The notes below the pieces were generated by a model, which saw only the letters and a program-made list of their open reading frames with translations, ran no database searches and was not told the origin of the DNA. From Mobula hypostoma (lineage: Eukaryota): DNA of 64,000 nt. Positions 10,901 through 22,900 of this stretch are shown in pieces (position 1 is the first letter of the stretch; the number at the start of each line of letters is the position of its first letter). The translations under genes were made by a program, and so were the position numbers. The stretch lies in contig NC_086118.1 in assembly GCF_963921235.1 (NCBI RefSeq), positions 4,836,001 through 4,900,000 on the forward strand. The letters are read 5' to 3'.

Positions 10901-13900
10901 ACGTCCGCCGTCCTCCCCGTCTCTCCGCCGTCCTCCCCGTCTCTCCCCCCCGACCCCCCTGGCAAAACCCCATCCACCGTCCTCCCCGTCCTCCCCGCCT
11001 CCTCTCTGACCCACCCCCACCTCTCCTCCGACCCCCCAGCAAAACCCCATCCACCGTCCTCCCCGTCTCTCCTCCGAATCCCCATCAAAAACCCCTGTCC
11101 GCCGTCCTCCCCATCTCTTCTCCGACTCTCCATCAAAAACCCTTGTCCGCCGTCCTCCCCGTCTGTCCTCCGGTTCCCCCCCCCCCGTCTGTCCTCCGGT
11201 TCCCCCCCCCCCCGTCTGTCCTCCGGTTCCCCCCCTCCCCCTATCTGTCCTCCGGTTCCCCCCCCCCCGTCTGTCCTCCGGTTCCCCCCCCCACCCCCCC
11301 CGGTCTGTTCTCCGGTCTCTCCTCCGACTCCCCGTCAAAAACACCGTCCGCCGTCCTCCCCGTCTCTCCTCCGACTCCCCCCAAAAACCCCATCCACCGT
11401 CCTCCCCGTCTCTCGTCCAACTCCCCGCCAAAAACCCCGCCACAGTCATATGATACAGCATTATCATCCGAAAACAAAACGATACATGACTACCCATTGG
11501 TTAATAGCACTCTGCTGTCTGTATTAACCCAAGCAACTGTCTAGTTAGAGACTTTCTAGCATTCCTCAGTATAACATAACAAAAGAAGCCATTTTAAATT
11601 TAACAAAAGGAAAGACCCCGTACACAGGTGCAGATTGGAAGTCTGTGTGGGGTGCCAGTCCTCTCACAGACTAGAGCAATGTGTGATTAAGTGCCTTGCT
11701 CAAGGGCACAAACACGCTGCCACAGTTGAGGCTCGAACTAGCAACCTTGAGGTAACTAGACAAATGCCTTAACCACTTGGCCACGTGCCCACCTTACCTG
11801 TTAAGGTGCATACATAACTAATCTTGCAATTTTACTATTTTGTTTTTGACAGATAATAAATGAGAAAATTAGAGATGCCTCAAGCAAAGGTCACAGTAAT
11901 GTTGGGGGAAGACAATCAATTGTTTGGGATTGATAAATCAAATTGGCAAAATTAGTGTGGTGGGTGCATTTGAGATGTTTCATTGAAGTAAATGTAGAGA
12001 TTGGATAGGGAAATGAACCTGAGCCGTCAGATCAGCCATAATTTTATTGTATGGTGGAGAAGACTATAAGGCTTAATCCTATTGTTAATGCTCCTGAAAC
12101 TAACAATACATGAATGATACTGCTTGAAGTCTGGGATTGCATTGATAAGTGCTTCCATACTCATTGAGCTATTTGCTGTACTCAAATTGGTATCTACGTA
12201 GAACAGTCAAGATGCTTGTTTAGAAGTAATTAGTTGCCAGGGTTTAATTCATTGTCCTTGTAAAGTCTGTATTATTGAAAACCCATTAAACATTCTATTC
12301 TGTTTGTTGCCAGGTGACCAGACAGCAATAAAGGAGTTGATCCAAATGCGAATGAAATCAGGGGAGAGTGGAGGGCTGTTAGATGTAAGTAATTGCACTT
12401 CAATTTGCTTTGCAATTGAGTGACTGAGTCAGATTTAATTGGATGTCAAACTCCAGCTCTCCAGATTGATTGTTTATGTGCTTTCTAATAGGTTTTTTGA
12501 GGTGTTCATTATTTTATATTAAATTTGTATTTTGTTCAATGTTGGTCTGGAATGATTTATTGTTTGCTACAAACTTCTAACCCAAGTAAAAATGTTAAGA
12601 TCTATTGGTATAATAAAGATACTTCTATCTGACTGAATTGGAAGTTAACTCTGACTTCTGCAACTTCCAAAGACTCTGCTCACGCAGACCAGGGCGAAGC
12701 ACGCTGCCACTATGAGTGAAGTAGAATGGAGAGGGCGGGTCATCCCCGTGAAGATCGATAAAGTGCGCATCTTCCTCCTTGGGCTAGCAGATAATGAAGC
12801 TGCAATCGCACAGGTATGGCTTTTCAACAGAACATGAAACAGTACAGCATAGGAAGAGAGCCTTTAGTTCATGATGTGTGTCAAGCGTGATGCCAAATTA
12901 CACTAATCCCTTCTGCGTGTACATGATCCATATCCCTCCATTCCCTGCATATTCATGTCTATCTAAAAGCCTCTTTAGCACAATTATCATATCTGCTTCC
13001 ACTGCTACCTCAGCAGTGCATTCCAGGCACTGATTCTTTAATAAATATCTTGCCCCACACACTCCATTAAACTTTCCCTTCTTGCCAATGCCCTCCAGTA
13101 TTTGACATTGTACCCTGGGTTTTCAGAAGAAAGCTGTAGAATAGCTAATGTCAAACAACAGGAATTCTGCAGATGCTGGAAATTCAAGCAACACACATAA
13201 AAGTTGCTGGTGAACACAGCAGGCCAGGCAGCATCTCTAGGACGAGGTGCAGTCAACGTTTCGGCCTGAAACGTCGACTGTACCTCGTCCTAGAGATGCT
13301 GCCTGGCTTGCTGCGTTCACCAGCAACTTTTATGTGAATAGCTAATGTCCCCTTGTTCAAGAAGTGAGTTAAGGATAAGCCTGGAAACTACAGACTGGTG
13401 AACCTTACATTAATGGTAGGGAGGTTGTTGATTCTGACAGACGTGATTTGCATTCACTTGGAAAGGCAGGGGCTGATTGTGAAGAGTCAGCATGGATTTG
13501 TGTCTCAGCTCTTGAGTTTTTTTTTTGAGGTGTGACTTTGAAAATTGATAAAGACTGAGCTGTAGATGTGGTTTATATGGACTTCAATAAGGCTTTTGAC
13601 AAGGTCCCACAAGATGGGCAAGGAAGGTTAGGGCAAGGGAGATCTGAGACATTTTGGCAAACTGGATCTAAAATTATTTATTTCACTGTAAGAGGTCTGA
13701 CAGGCAAGACTTGGCTTTGGGACATATAGTCATCACAGACACATGTCTAAGGGAGGAACAGGACTAGCAACTAAATATTTCGGGGTACAGGTACATTTGG
13801 CAGGACAGGGGTGAAGGAAAAAGAAGAGGAGTTGATTTTGATTAAAGGGCAGCATCACAGAAGTAGTCAGATATGAAATTAAAGGATTATCCAGTGAGGC

Positions 13901-16900
13901 TTTTTGAGTGGGGCTGGGAAATAAGAAGGGAATAATCACATTGTTGGGATCCCCACGTGGTCAGCAGGAATTTGAAAAACAAATATGCAGGGAGATTGTG
14001 GAGAGAGATAAGAATAATAGGGTTCTTATCGTTGGGGATTTTAACTTTCCTAATATTGTTCAGGACTGTCATACTATCAAAGGCTTATATGGAGTGGAAT
14101 TTAGATGTGTTCAGGAAAGTTTCTTTGTGCAAAATATAGCAGACTGTATGAGGTTACGGTTTGTCTTCTCCCCTTCTCTTGGGTAATAGTGTGAGACAGG
14201 AGACTGGGGGAGCACCAGTGAAGAACTAGTCCACAGGTTCAAGTTCTCATATTTTAAATCAGTAAATTTTGACAATATGAGACAGCTGTAGGAATTCAGC
14301 AGGCCAGGATACTGCCTGGCCCGCTGAGTTCCTCCAGCATTTTTTGTGTTTTACTCTGAATTCCAGCATCTGCAGGTTTTCTCTTGTTTGAGACAGGAGC
14401 TTGCAAAGTTTGATTGGAGTGAATTATTTACAGGCAAAGAGACCACCGGCAAGTGGGGTGCTTTTAAAGGTGAGATGGTAAGAACTTAAAGTCTTCATGT
14501 TCTTGTTAAGGTGAATGGCTAGGCTGGTAGGAGTTGAGAACTCTGGATGATGAGATATCGAGGCCCTAGCCAGGATAAAGGAGGCATGGGTCAGGTGCAG
14601 GCAGCTGGGATCACTTGAGTATAGGGGATGCAGGAGTGTACTGAAGAAGGAGATCGGGAGGGCAAAACAGGGGCATGAGATAACTTTGCAGAGAAAATTA
14701 GCCAAAATGCAAAGAGATTTTATAATTATATTAAGGGGAAAAGAGTAAGGTGAAGACATTAGGGTCCCCCAAAGACGAAAGGGAACACAATTGTGTGGAA
14801 CTGTAGGAGATGAGCACAATTCTTAATTAATATTTCTCCCCTGTTTTCACTGGAGAAAGACATGAAGGCTTAAGGAACTGGGGAAAAATGCTGGGGAGGT
14901 CTTGGGATAGTTCACATTATGGTGAAAGAGGGACTGGATGATTTAAAAGCTATGAAGGTGGACAAATCTCCAGAGTATGTACACTGGGAGACCAGAGAAG
15001 GAATTGCAGGAACATTGGCTGAAATATTTGTATCATCATTAGCCATGGGTGAGGTGCCTGCAGACGAGAAGGTAATGAATGTTGTGCCTTTATTTAAGAG
15101 GGTAGCAAAGAAAAACCTGGGAACTGTACACTAGTTGTCTAACATCTCTGGTAGGCAAGTTACTAGAAAAGATTCTGAAGGATAAGATGAATGTTCATAT
15201 AGAAAGGTGCATTGGTTAGGGATAGTCAGCATGATTTTGTGCATAGAAGATTGTGTATTACTGAACTTGATATAGTTGTCTTGATTAGTTGACGAGGTTG
15301 GAAGGGCGTTAAATGTGTTTTATGTGGACTTCAGTAAGGCCTTTGCTAAGGTTCCACGAGATAGACTGCTCTGGAAGGTTAGATTTCATAGGTTCCAAGT
15401 AGAGCTGGCTGATTAGATACATAATCAACTTTAGGGTAGACTGTAGACATGAGTATATTTGTAGGAATACTAAGTTTGGACTTCTGAAGTCTGTAAATAG
15501 AAATGAGCGAGTTAAAATGTACATTACTTTTCTCTCTACATCAGTGGTCCCCAACAAAGCAAAGCATGGCTACCAGCTACTCCTACCAGCCTAGCAAAGC
15601 ATGTGCTACCGGGCCGCGAGGAAACGATATGAGTCAGCTGCACCTTTCCTCATTCCCTGTCACGCACTGTTGAACTTGAACATAGGGTTGCCAACTGTCC
15701 TGTATTTGCCGGGACCTCCCGTATATTGGCCTAAATTGGTTTGTCCCAACGGGACCGCCCTTGTCCTGTATTTCCCCCCCCCCCCGCCAAGGTAGAGCGT
15801 TCCTATGAAACCTTTCGTGCTGAAATGGCGTAAAATGAAGAAGCAATTACCATTAATTTATCTGGGAAAAATTTTTGAGCGTTCCCAGACCCAAAAAATA
15901 ACCTACCAAGTCATACCAAATAACACATAAAACCTAAAATAACTCTAACATATAATGATATGATAAATACACAGCCTATATAAAGTAGAAATAATGTATG
16001 TACAGTGTAGTCGGTAAGATTAAGCCAAAACAGATTTTTGGGGGGAAAGAAATCGGCACGTACGCACATGCGCACGTCACATATGCGAATGTCACACATG
16101 CACACACAGGTGCCCGTGCAAGGCTTCATGGTCATGGTAGTCTTTCTTGGGGTAAACGCAAGAGTCCTGTCAACACACACAAAAAATGCTGGTGAATGCA
16201 GCAGGCCAGGCAGCATCTATAGGAAGAGGTACTGTCTACATTTCAGGCCAGGACCCTTCGTCAGGATTTGACTGCTACTTTTGTCCCTTATTTGGGAGTG
16301 AGAAAGTTGGCATCCCTAACTGTAAAAGACATGTTGAAGTGAGTTTAACCTTACTTGAACACCCCCCCCCCCGCCAGTCAGATGGTCCGCAAGAATATTG
16401 TCAATATTAAACCGGTCCGCAGTGCAAAAAAGGTTGGGGACCCCTGCTCTACATGGTAAAACATATTTAATAGATTACAGTCAAAATTAGAAGTTGGAAG
16501 GCTGCCATCATCTTTTCAATGGAGTTAGATGTGAACAGTAGATGCAGGCTTGATCTCTGTCCCGAGTACAGTACAGATATGTGACAGAATCGACATAATA
16601 ATATATAAAAATAAAAGCAGACATTTTAAATCTGAAGCAACGACAGGAAATGTGGAAGCATTGGGGCGGTCAGGTTGCATGTGTGGAAAGAGAAACAGGT
16701 GACATTTAATGTTGGAGCATACAATGAAGGGCTTGCAACAAGCAGTAGGCAGTTTGGTTGTGCGGATGTGCATCCTTCATAAGCTCATTGATGACACAGG
16801 TTGAGTACCCCTGATCTAAAATGCTTGGGGCTGGAAGTGTTTCAGATTTTGGACATATAATGAGATAGCTTGAGATTGCCATCATTTCCGACTGAATTGA

Positions 16901-19900
16901 TGCGCAACCAGTAAGTAGTCTTTGCCATACACTTATTCATCGCGGTAAAAATTATTACGTACCATTAATATAATAAAAAATATAATGTGTGCAGGATAAC
17001 AAAAGCATTGAATCAGCTGTTAAACAACAAACAACAGCAGGCATTCAGTCTCCACCTATGAGGCTGTGTTTTGATTAAAAAGTTAGAGTACTCTGTATTT
17101 GTATTTTAATTTTTTAAAATTGTATGTAATGTAAAAACAATTCATTCTAGTGTTCGATTTTCATCAGCACTGATCTTAGCAAATGCCAATGAATTTCTCT
17201 GCAGGTTTGTGATCTAGAGTCACTTTATCTTTTAAAAATAAAATTTAAACTCTAAAAATTTCATGCCATGCCATTTCTTAAATTTCTGCAGCCAGCCTGT
17301 TGAACATTCACAATTGCCTTCAATTTTCAGTTCGTCGTGACAGATCTTGGCTTGTTTCATGATCAGCTCACCATTAAGCGGCATATGTTCACTCAACGCT
17401 GACGAATCCACTCTTTCAAGACAGCATTTTCGCTTTATGCAGTGTGTTCCTGTTTTTCATTAACTTCTGTTCATTACATATGTAAGATCACTTCTCAAAA
17501 CTGACGTGTTCAGAGAGTGTGCATCGCCTGAAAACCTTCCCAGCGCCTTGTGGAATTTTCCCGTTGTGATGTGATGTCAGTGCTGAAAAAGATTGAGGAG
17601 GTTTTCGGATTTTGGATTTTCAGATACAGGGTACTCATCCTGTACTGGTGTCTTGTTGTCCAGATGTGTTACTGAGCGCTTTGCCACCAATAGGATTCCA
17701 ACATTATACTAGTTTTGGAGTTGTCCTGAAATAGTGAAAAGATGCCCTCTAGCCTGGAAGGGATTGACGGGTGAATGTTGTTTGACCATGGTGTCTATCT
17801 ACTTCACAATGCTGTAGCAGTTGAAAAGGACAGAGGAATGATGGTTTCAAAATTAAAAGGAAAATGTTTTTTTTTGTTATTTTGTGTGGTCGCACTTGCT
17901 CCTCCAGATGGTGAATCTTGGCTTTTGTTCTGTTACGCTCTCTTGGTGCATGAAAACAAGAAGTATTTAAAGGAATTTTTGAGCTCAGAAATCCTAAATG
18001 ACCAAGATTGATAGCCATAAACCATATGGAATAAAAGAAAGCCAGGTGAGCAGTAACACACTTGGCTTTGAATGATTTCATGACATAAGACGGGCAGCTG
18101 AAGTTCCCCAACCATATCGCAGCCACCACCCTGCGACCAGACATTGTCCCAGTGTCTGAGTCTACTAAGCAAGTGGTGCTGCTGGAGCTGACAGTCCCAT
18201 GGGAAGATAGCTTGGAGGAGGCCTTTGAAAGGAAGCTCTCCAAGTACGCAGGACTGGTCAGCAACTGTCAGCAGGCTGGATGGAGAGCGAGGTGTCTCCC
18301 AGTGGAAGTTGGTTGTAGGGGATTCATAGCCCGTTCTTTAGTTAGGGCCTTCAGCATTTTGGGCATTGAGGGAGAGAGGAGGAGGAGAGCCATCCGCAGT
18401 ATCACCGATGCGGCAGAGAGGGCCTCAAGATGGCTGTGGCTCAAAAGAGGGGAGCCATGGAGTCATAAGTAGCTAGCCATCTGGACACAAGCTGGGGTCT
18501 GATCAGCCCCGGCTGGGTCACCTGGAGGAGGTTGTATGATGTTGAAAGACCCGAAACACCCGATGATTCCAGGAACATCACTGAGATGTGTCCAGAAGCA
18601 TCAATAGATGTATGTACACAGGAGTAGGCCATCTGGCCCGTTGAGCCTGCTCCACCATTCAATAAGATTATGGCTGATATGGCCATGGGCTCATCTCCAC
18701 CTACTTGCCTTTTCCCCATAACCCTACTATGCAAAAATCTATCCAACCTTGTCTTAAATATATTGACTGGGGTATCCTCCACTGCTTCATTGGGCAGAGA
18801 ATTTCACAGATTCACCACTCTAGGAAAAGCAGTTCTTCCTCATCTCCGTCCTAAATCTACTCCCCTGAATCTTGCGGCTATGTCCCCTAGTTCTAGTCTC
18901 AACTACCAGTGGAAACAGCTTTCTTGCCTCTATCTTGTCTATCCCTTTCATAATTTTATATGTTTCTATAAGATCTCCTCTCATTCTTCTGAATTCCAGT
19001 GAGTACAGTCCGAGGCGACTCAATCTCTCCTCGTAGTCTAACCCCCTCATCTCTGGAATCAACCTGGTGAACCTCCTCTGCACCACCTCCAAAGCCAGTA
19101 TATCCTTCCCCAAATAAGGAGACCAGAACTGAGCGCAGTACTCCAGGTATGGCCTCACCAGTACCCTGTACAGTTGCAGCATAACCTCCTTGCTCTTAAA
19201 TTCAATCCCTCTAGCAATGAAGGCCAACGTTCCATTTGCCTTCTTGACAGCCTGCTGCACCTGCAAACCAACCTTTTGTGATTCATGTACAAGCACTCCC
19301 AGTCCCTCTGCACAGCAGCATGCTGCAATCTTTTACCATTCAAATAATAATCTGCTGTTTCATTTTTCCTTCCAAAGTGGATGACCTTGCATTTACCAAC
19401 ATTGTACTCCATCTGCCAGACCCCTGCCCACTCACTTAACCAATCTATATCTGTCTGCAGACATTCCATATCTTCTGTACAGTTTGCTTTTCCACTTAAT
19501 TTAGTATCATCAGCAAACTTAGACACACTACACTCGGTCCCCTCTTCTAGATCGTTAATGTATATCGTGAACAGTTACGGGCCCAGCACTGAGCCCTATA
19601 GCACACCGATTGCCACTGATTGCCAACCTGAGTAACACTCGTGTACTCCAACTCTCTGCTTTCTATCAGTTAACCAATCCTCTATCCATGCTAATACATC
19701 ACCCCAACTCTATGCTTCCTTATTTTTTGGATGTCTTTTATGCAGCACCTTATCGAATGCCTTCTGGAAATCCAAGTAAATATTGTTCATCTGTTCCCCT
19801 CTATCCACTGTGCTTGTTATATCCTCAAAGAACTCCATCAAGTTTGTCAAATAGGACCTGCCTTTGCTGAATCCACGCTGCACCTGCCTCATGAGAATGG

Positions 19901-22900
19901 AAGACCCAAACTTGGCTTATTTGTGGCTTCTAGTGACTACCATCTCAAATTAAATTCATTCCCAGTTACTATTTTTAATTTTTTGGAGCTGTACAGTTTT
20001 GTTGAATGGTTTATTGACTTTACTTAGGTGAGTTAAAAAGCTTATTACCTCACCCCATAAGCTAAATAATGTACGTTCCATCCCTGACCACACTTCAAAT
20101 ATAACTGACTGTGAACCTGTGTCTTGGGGATGTGAAATGTGTTATCTAAACAACATTCATCATTCAAAAGCTCTCCAAACTGTTGCTGGTTCTATAATGA
20201 AAGCAGCAACATATTTGTTGATCCATCCTTTTGCTACACCAGTTTATCATGCTTTAAATCTGTGCCATCAGCATTATCCCAAGATATCCAGTGGGAGTTA
20301 GGACAGGTTAAGGTTCTAAATGTACTTTGTGATGTTTGGAGTCATGGGTGCAGGCCATTGAGTCATTAACCATCCAACCCCTACTAAAATAAACACTCGA
20401 TGGAAGACAGCAAAAAAATATTTCCAGTTTCTGGTTCTTAACCTACATCAGCTGTGAAGTACTAAAGACCAATGGAGATTGTACAAGACACTTAACAATT
20501 GAAGCCAGATGGTTCTCAACATAGATTTCTGTAGCAATATTTGTAAAGGAATATGGATTTCAACTTAAATAAGTGTGACATGAGGACGTATCAGTAAAGG
20601 ACATATACGTTGAATGGTAGGGCACTGTCGACTATTGGGGAACAGAGGAACCCGGGAGACAAGTGCACAGTTTGCTGAAAGTGGTGGTGAAGAAAGCATT
20701 CAGCATATTGGCTTTCATCAGTCTGGGCACTGAGTTTGGGTATAGGGACATTATTTTGCCATTATGTAAGCTGTTGGTGAGGCTGCACTTTAGGGTATAG
20801 TTACAGTTTTGGTCACCTTATTAACGGAAAGTTATTAAAAAGCTGGAGAGTGTGCGGAAGAGATTTACGAGGATACTTGTTGGTCTCCAATGCCCAGGTT
20901 ATTGGGAGAAGTTGGCCATGCTGGATCTATTCCATGGAGCACAGGAGAATGTGGAGAGATCTCATAGAAGTTTATAAAAATCATGAGGGTTATGGATAAG
21001 GTGGACATCATATCCTTTTTCCCAGGGTTGATGAGTCCAGAACCAGAGGGCACAGATACAAGACGAGCTGAGACGTTCAAAAGTAACTTCTTTACAGAGG
21101 TGGTAGTAAGTAGCTGGAATCAGCTGCCAGAGGAAATGTGCAAGTTGGGGACAATTGGGTACGTGAAGGGAGAGGCTTGGAAGGTTACAGCCAAGTAAAG
21201 GCAACTGGAAGAAACAGTGAGGGTGCTGTGGTTGGCACGGGCCCATTGGGCTGAAGGGCCTGTTTCCAGGGCTGTTATTTACTCTATGACCTGATCTTAA
21301 ATAGCCAATAAAACCACAACAATCAGACATTATGACATCAACATCGATAATTACCACAATAGGTAGCAACATCCCTCGTTTTGAAATGATTACTCTTACA
21401 TTTAAGTATCTAGGACCAATCCTTTCTTGGGAGGGTTCCAGTGGCTCATTACAGTCAAAGGCGTGGAGCGTTTGCATATCTCCAAGTGGCAATTGTAGCA
21501 ACAGTTTGTAAACTGCAATCTGAATGTTTATTCTGAATTGAATAGTTCATACCACTGTCTTTAAACAGTCGTGTTGCAATGACTGTAAGCAAGCCTCATT
21601 TTGGTTACATAGTGCAAAGTCTATGAATGGGTCAGAGCCTGGATAATCTGTCATGGCTGTTGTTAATGTTTTAGAAATCTAATCACTTCTCACAGTGCTA
21701 GGTAACAAAATGGTGAACTTTGCTGTTTTTCAGTCGGTACTATGACATATCTTGTATTCGAAGAATGCCTCCGTGGTTGATGATGCAAGACTTTTTAATT
21801 TTTAATCCTGACCCCAGCCTACACACATCCAAGCTGCATGAGATTTTTTTTATTTGCATATTTTGAATTGCTGGGGTATGGCTTGTCAGGAGCTCCTCCT
21901 TGTGCTGCAGTATTATTTGTTTTTTGCAATAAAGCTAGTGTTTTGAATTATTTCCAGCTGAAAGTAAACTTTGTAGACTCTCACTAATTTATAGACAAGG
22001 TAAACAACTTGACTTCATTAAATTTAAGGAGTATAGATAAACTAGATTTATTGAGGTACTGTACTCCTTTCCCCGTGTGGCTCACCGGTCTTATTTGGTA
22101 ATAGTCTGGTGGATCTTGGAGTGTTTTTAAATGATTTTTACCAAGCGATCCTTAATATTAAAGGGATATGATAAAGTGGCTTTAGGTCTATTTACTAACA
22201 CTCAGAAGTGAGTAATGAGGTAGGACGTGGGGAAATGAATTACATGTTTTCATCCAGCTTTACTGAGAAGTTGCTTTGTGACTTTTATGCCAGATTTAGA
22301 CTGGTTTTCCTGTTTCATCCATTTTAATGGAGTTAATTTTCAACCTAGTGTTCCAAAGGAGGTGATTGTGGAGAACGTGCACGTGTTAGTGATATTTCCA
22401 AAGTTGCCCAGATTCTGAAAGTTAGTAGGTATAAAGCTACTGTACTGTCAAAAAAGTTTAAGAAATGGGGTAATTTTGCCTGACATGATACTAGGATTTA
22501 TAGTTTAAGAAGAATAGTAGGTTTTTCAAGTCCCATTTACTGTGAAAGGCTTTTGGCTCAAATGATGGATAACCATTTAAATTGTTCATAGGTATTTAAA
22601 ACAACTTTTTAAAAATGTGCCTGGAGAAACCAGAATTAAAGACATAAGGCAAGATCAGATATTTTGGGTTGAGTTGAGAATTTGTTTACACTGTATAGGA
22701 TTGCAAATGTCTGGTATTTGGGGCTGTGAAGTTGTAGTCATTGAATATATTCATAGCTGAGGTATGTGATTTTAGAGCTGATTTTAAGGTTAACTATTTG
22801 ATTTATGGACTAGATGGGAACAAGTATGTGAATAGCAATATCACATAGACAAGATTTTTTTTTTGAAAGATTGATTCAGAATGCTGCCCTCTCTAATGCC

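Larger units (their letters stand above)
10490..11790 (-). mobile_element. tRNA-derived CORE-type SINE split by a 1.07 kb insertion
   Basis: Minus strand head gggcacgtggccaagtggttaaggc (A box), gttcgagcc (B box), ccttgagcaaggcacttaa core; body resumes at 10556. Confidence 0.8.
13120..15440 (+). mobile_element. Old CR1 LINE fragments (RT and EN/RT pieces)
   Basis: [30 protein letters not shown] and DFSKAF-like motifs with many stops. Confidence 0.75.

Noticed and set aside
10686-11544. Long Pro-rich and Gly/Arg-rich ORFs on both strands (up to 256 aa)
   Set aside because: They come from the stop-free C/G-rich minisatellite inside an intronic insertion; no splice or domain support.
13190-13336. 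pre-miRNA or classical MITE
   Set aside because: The hairpin belongs to a dispersed family with variable 8-14 bp TSDs and a one-sided tail, better explained as Penelope-derived.
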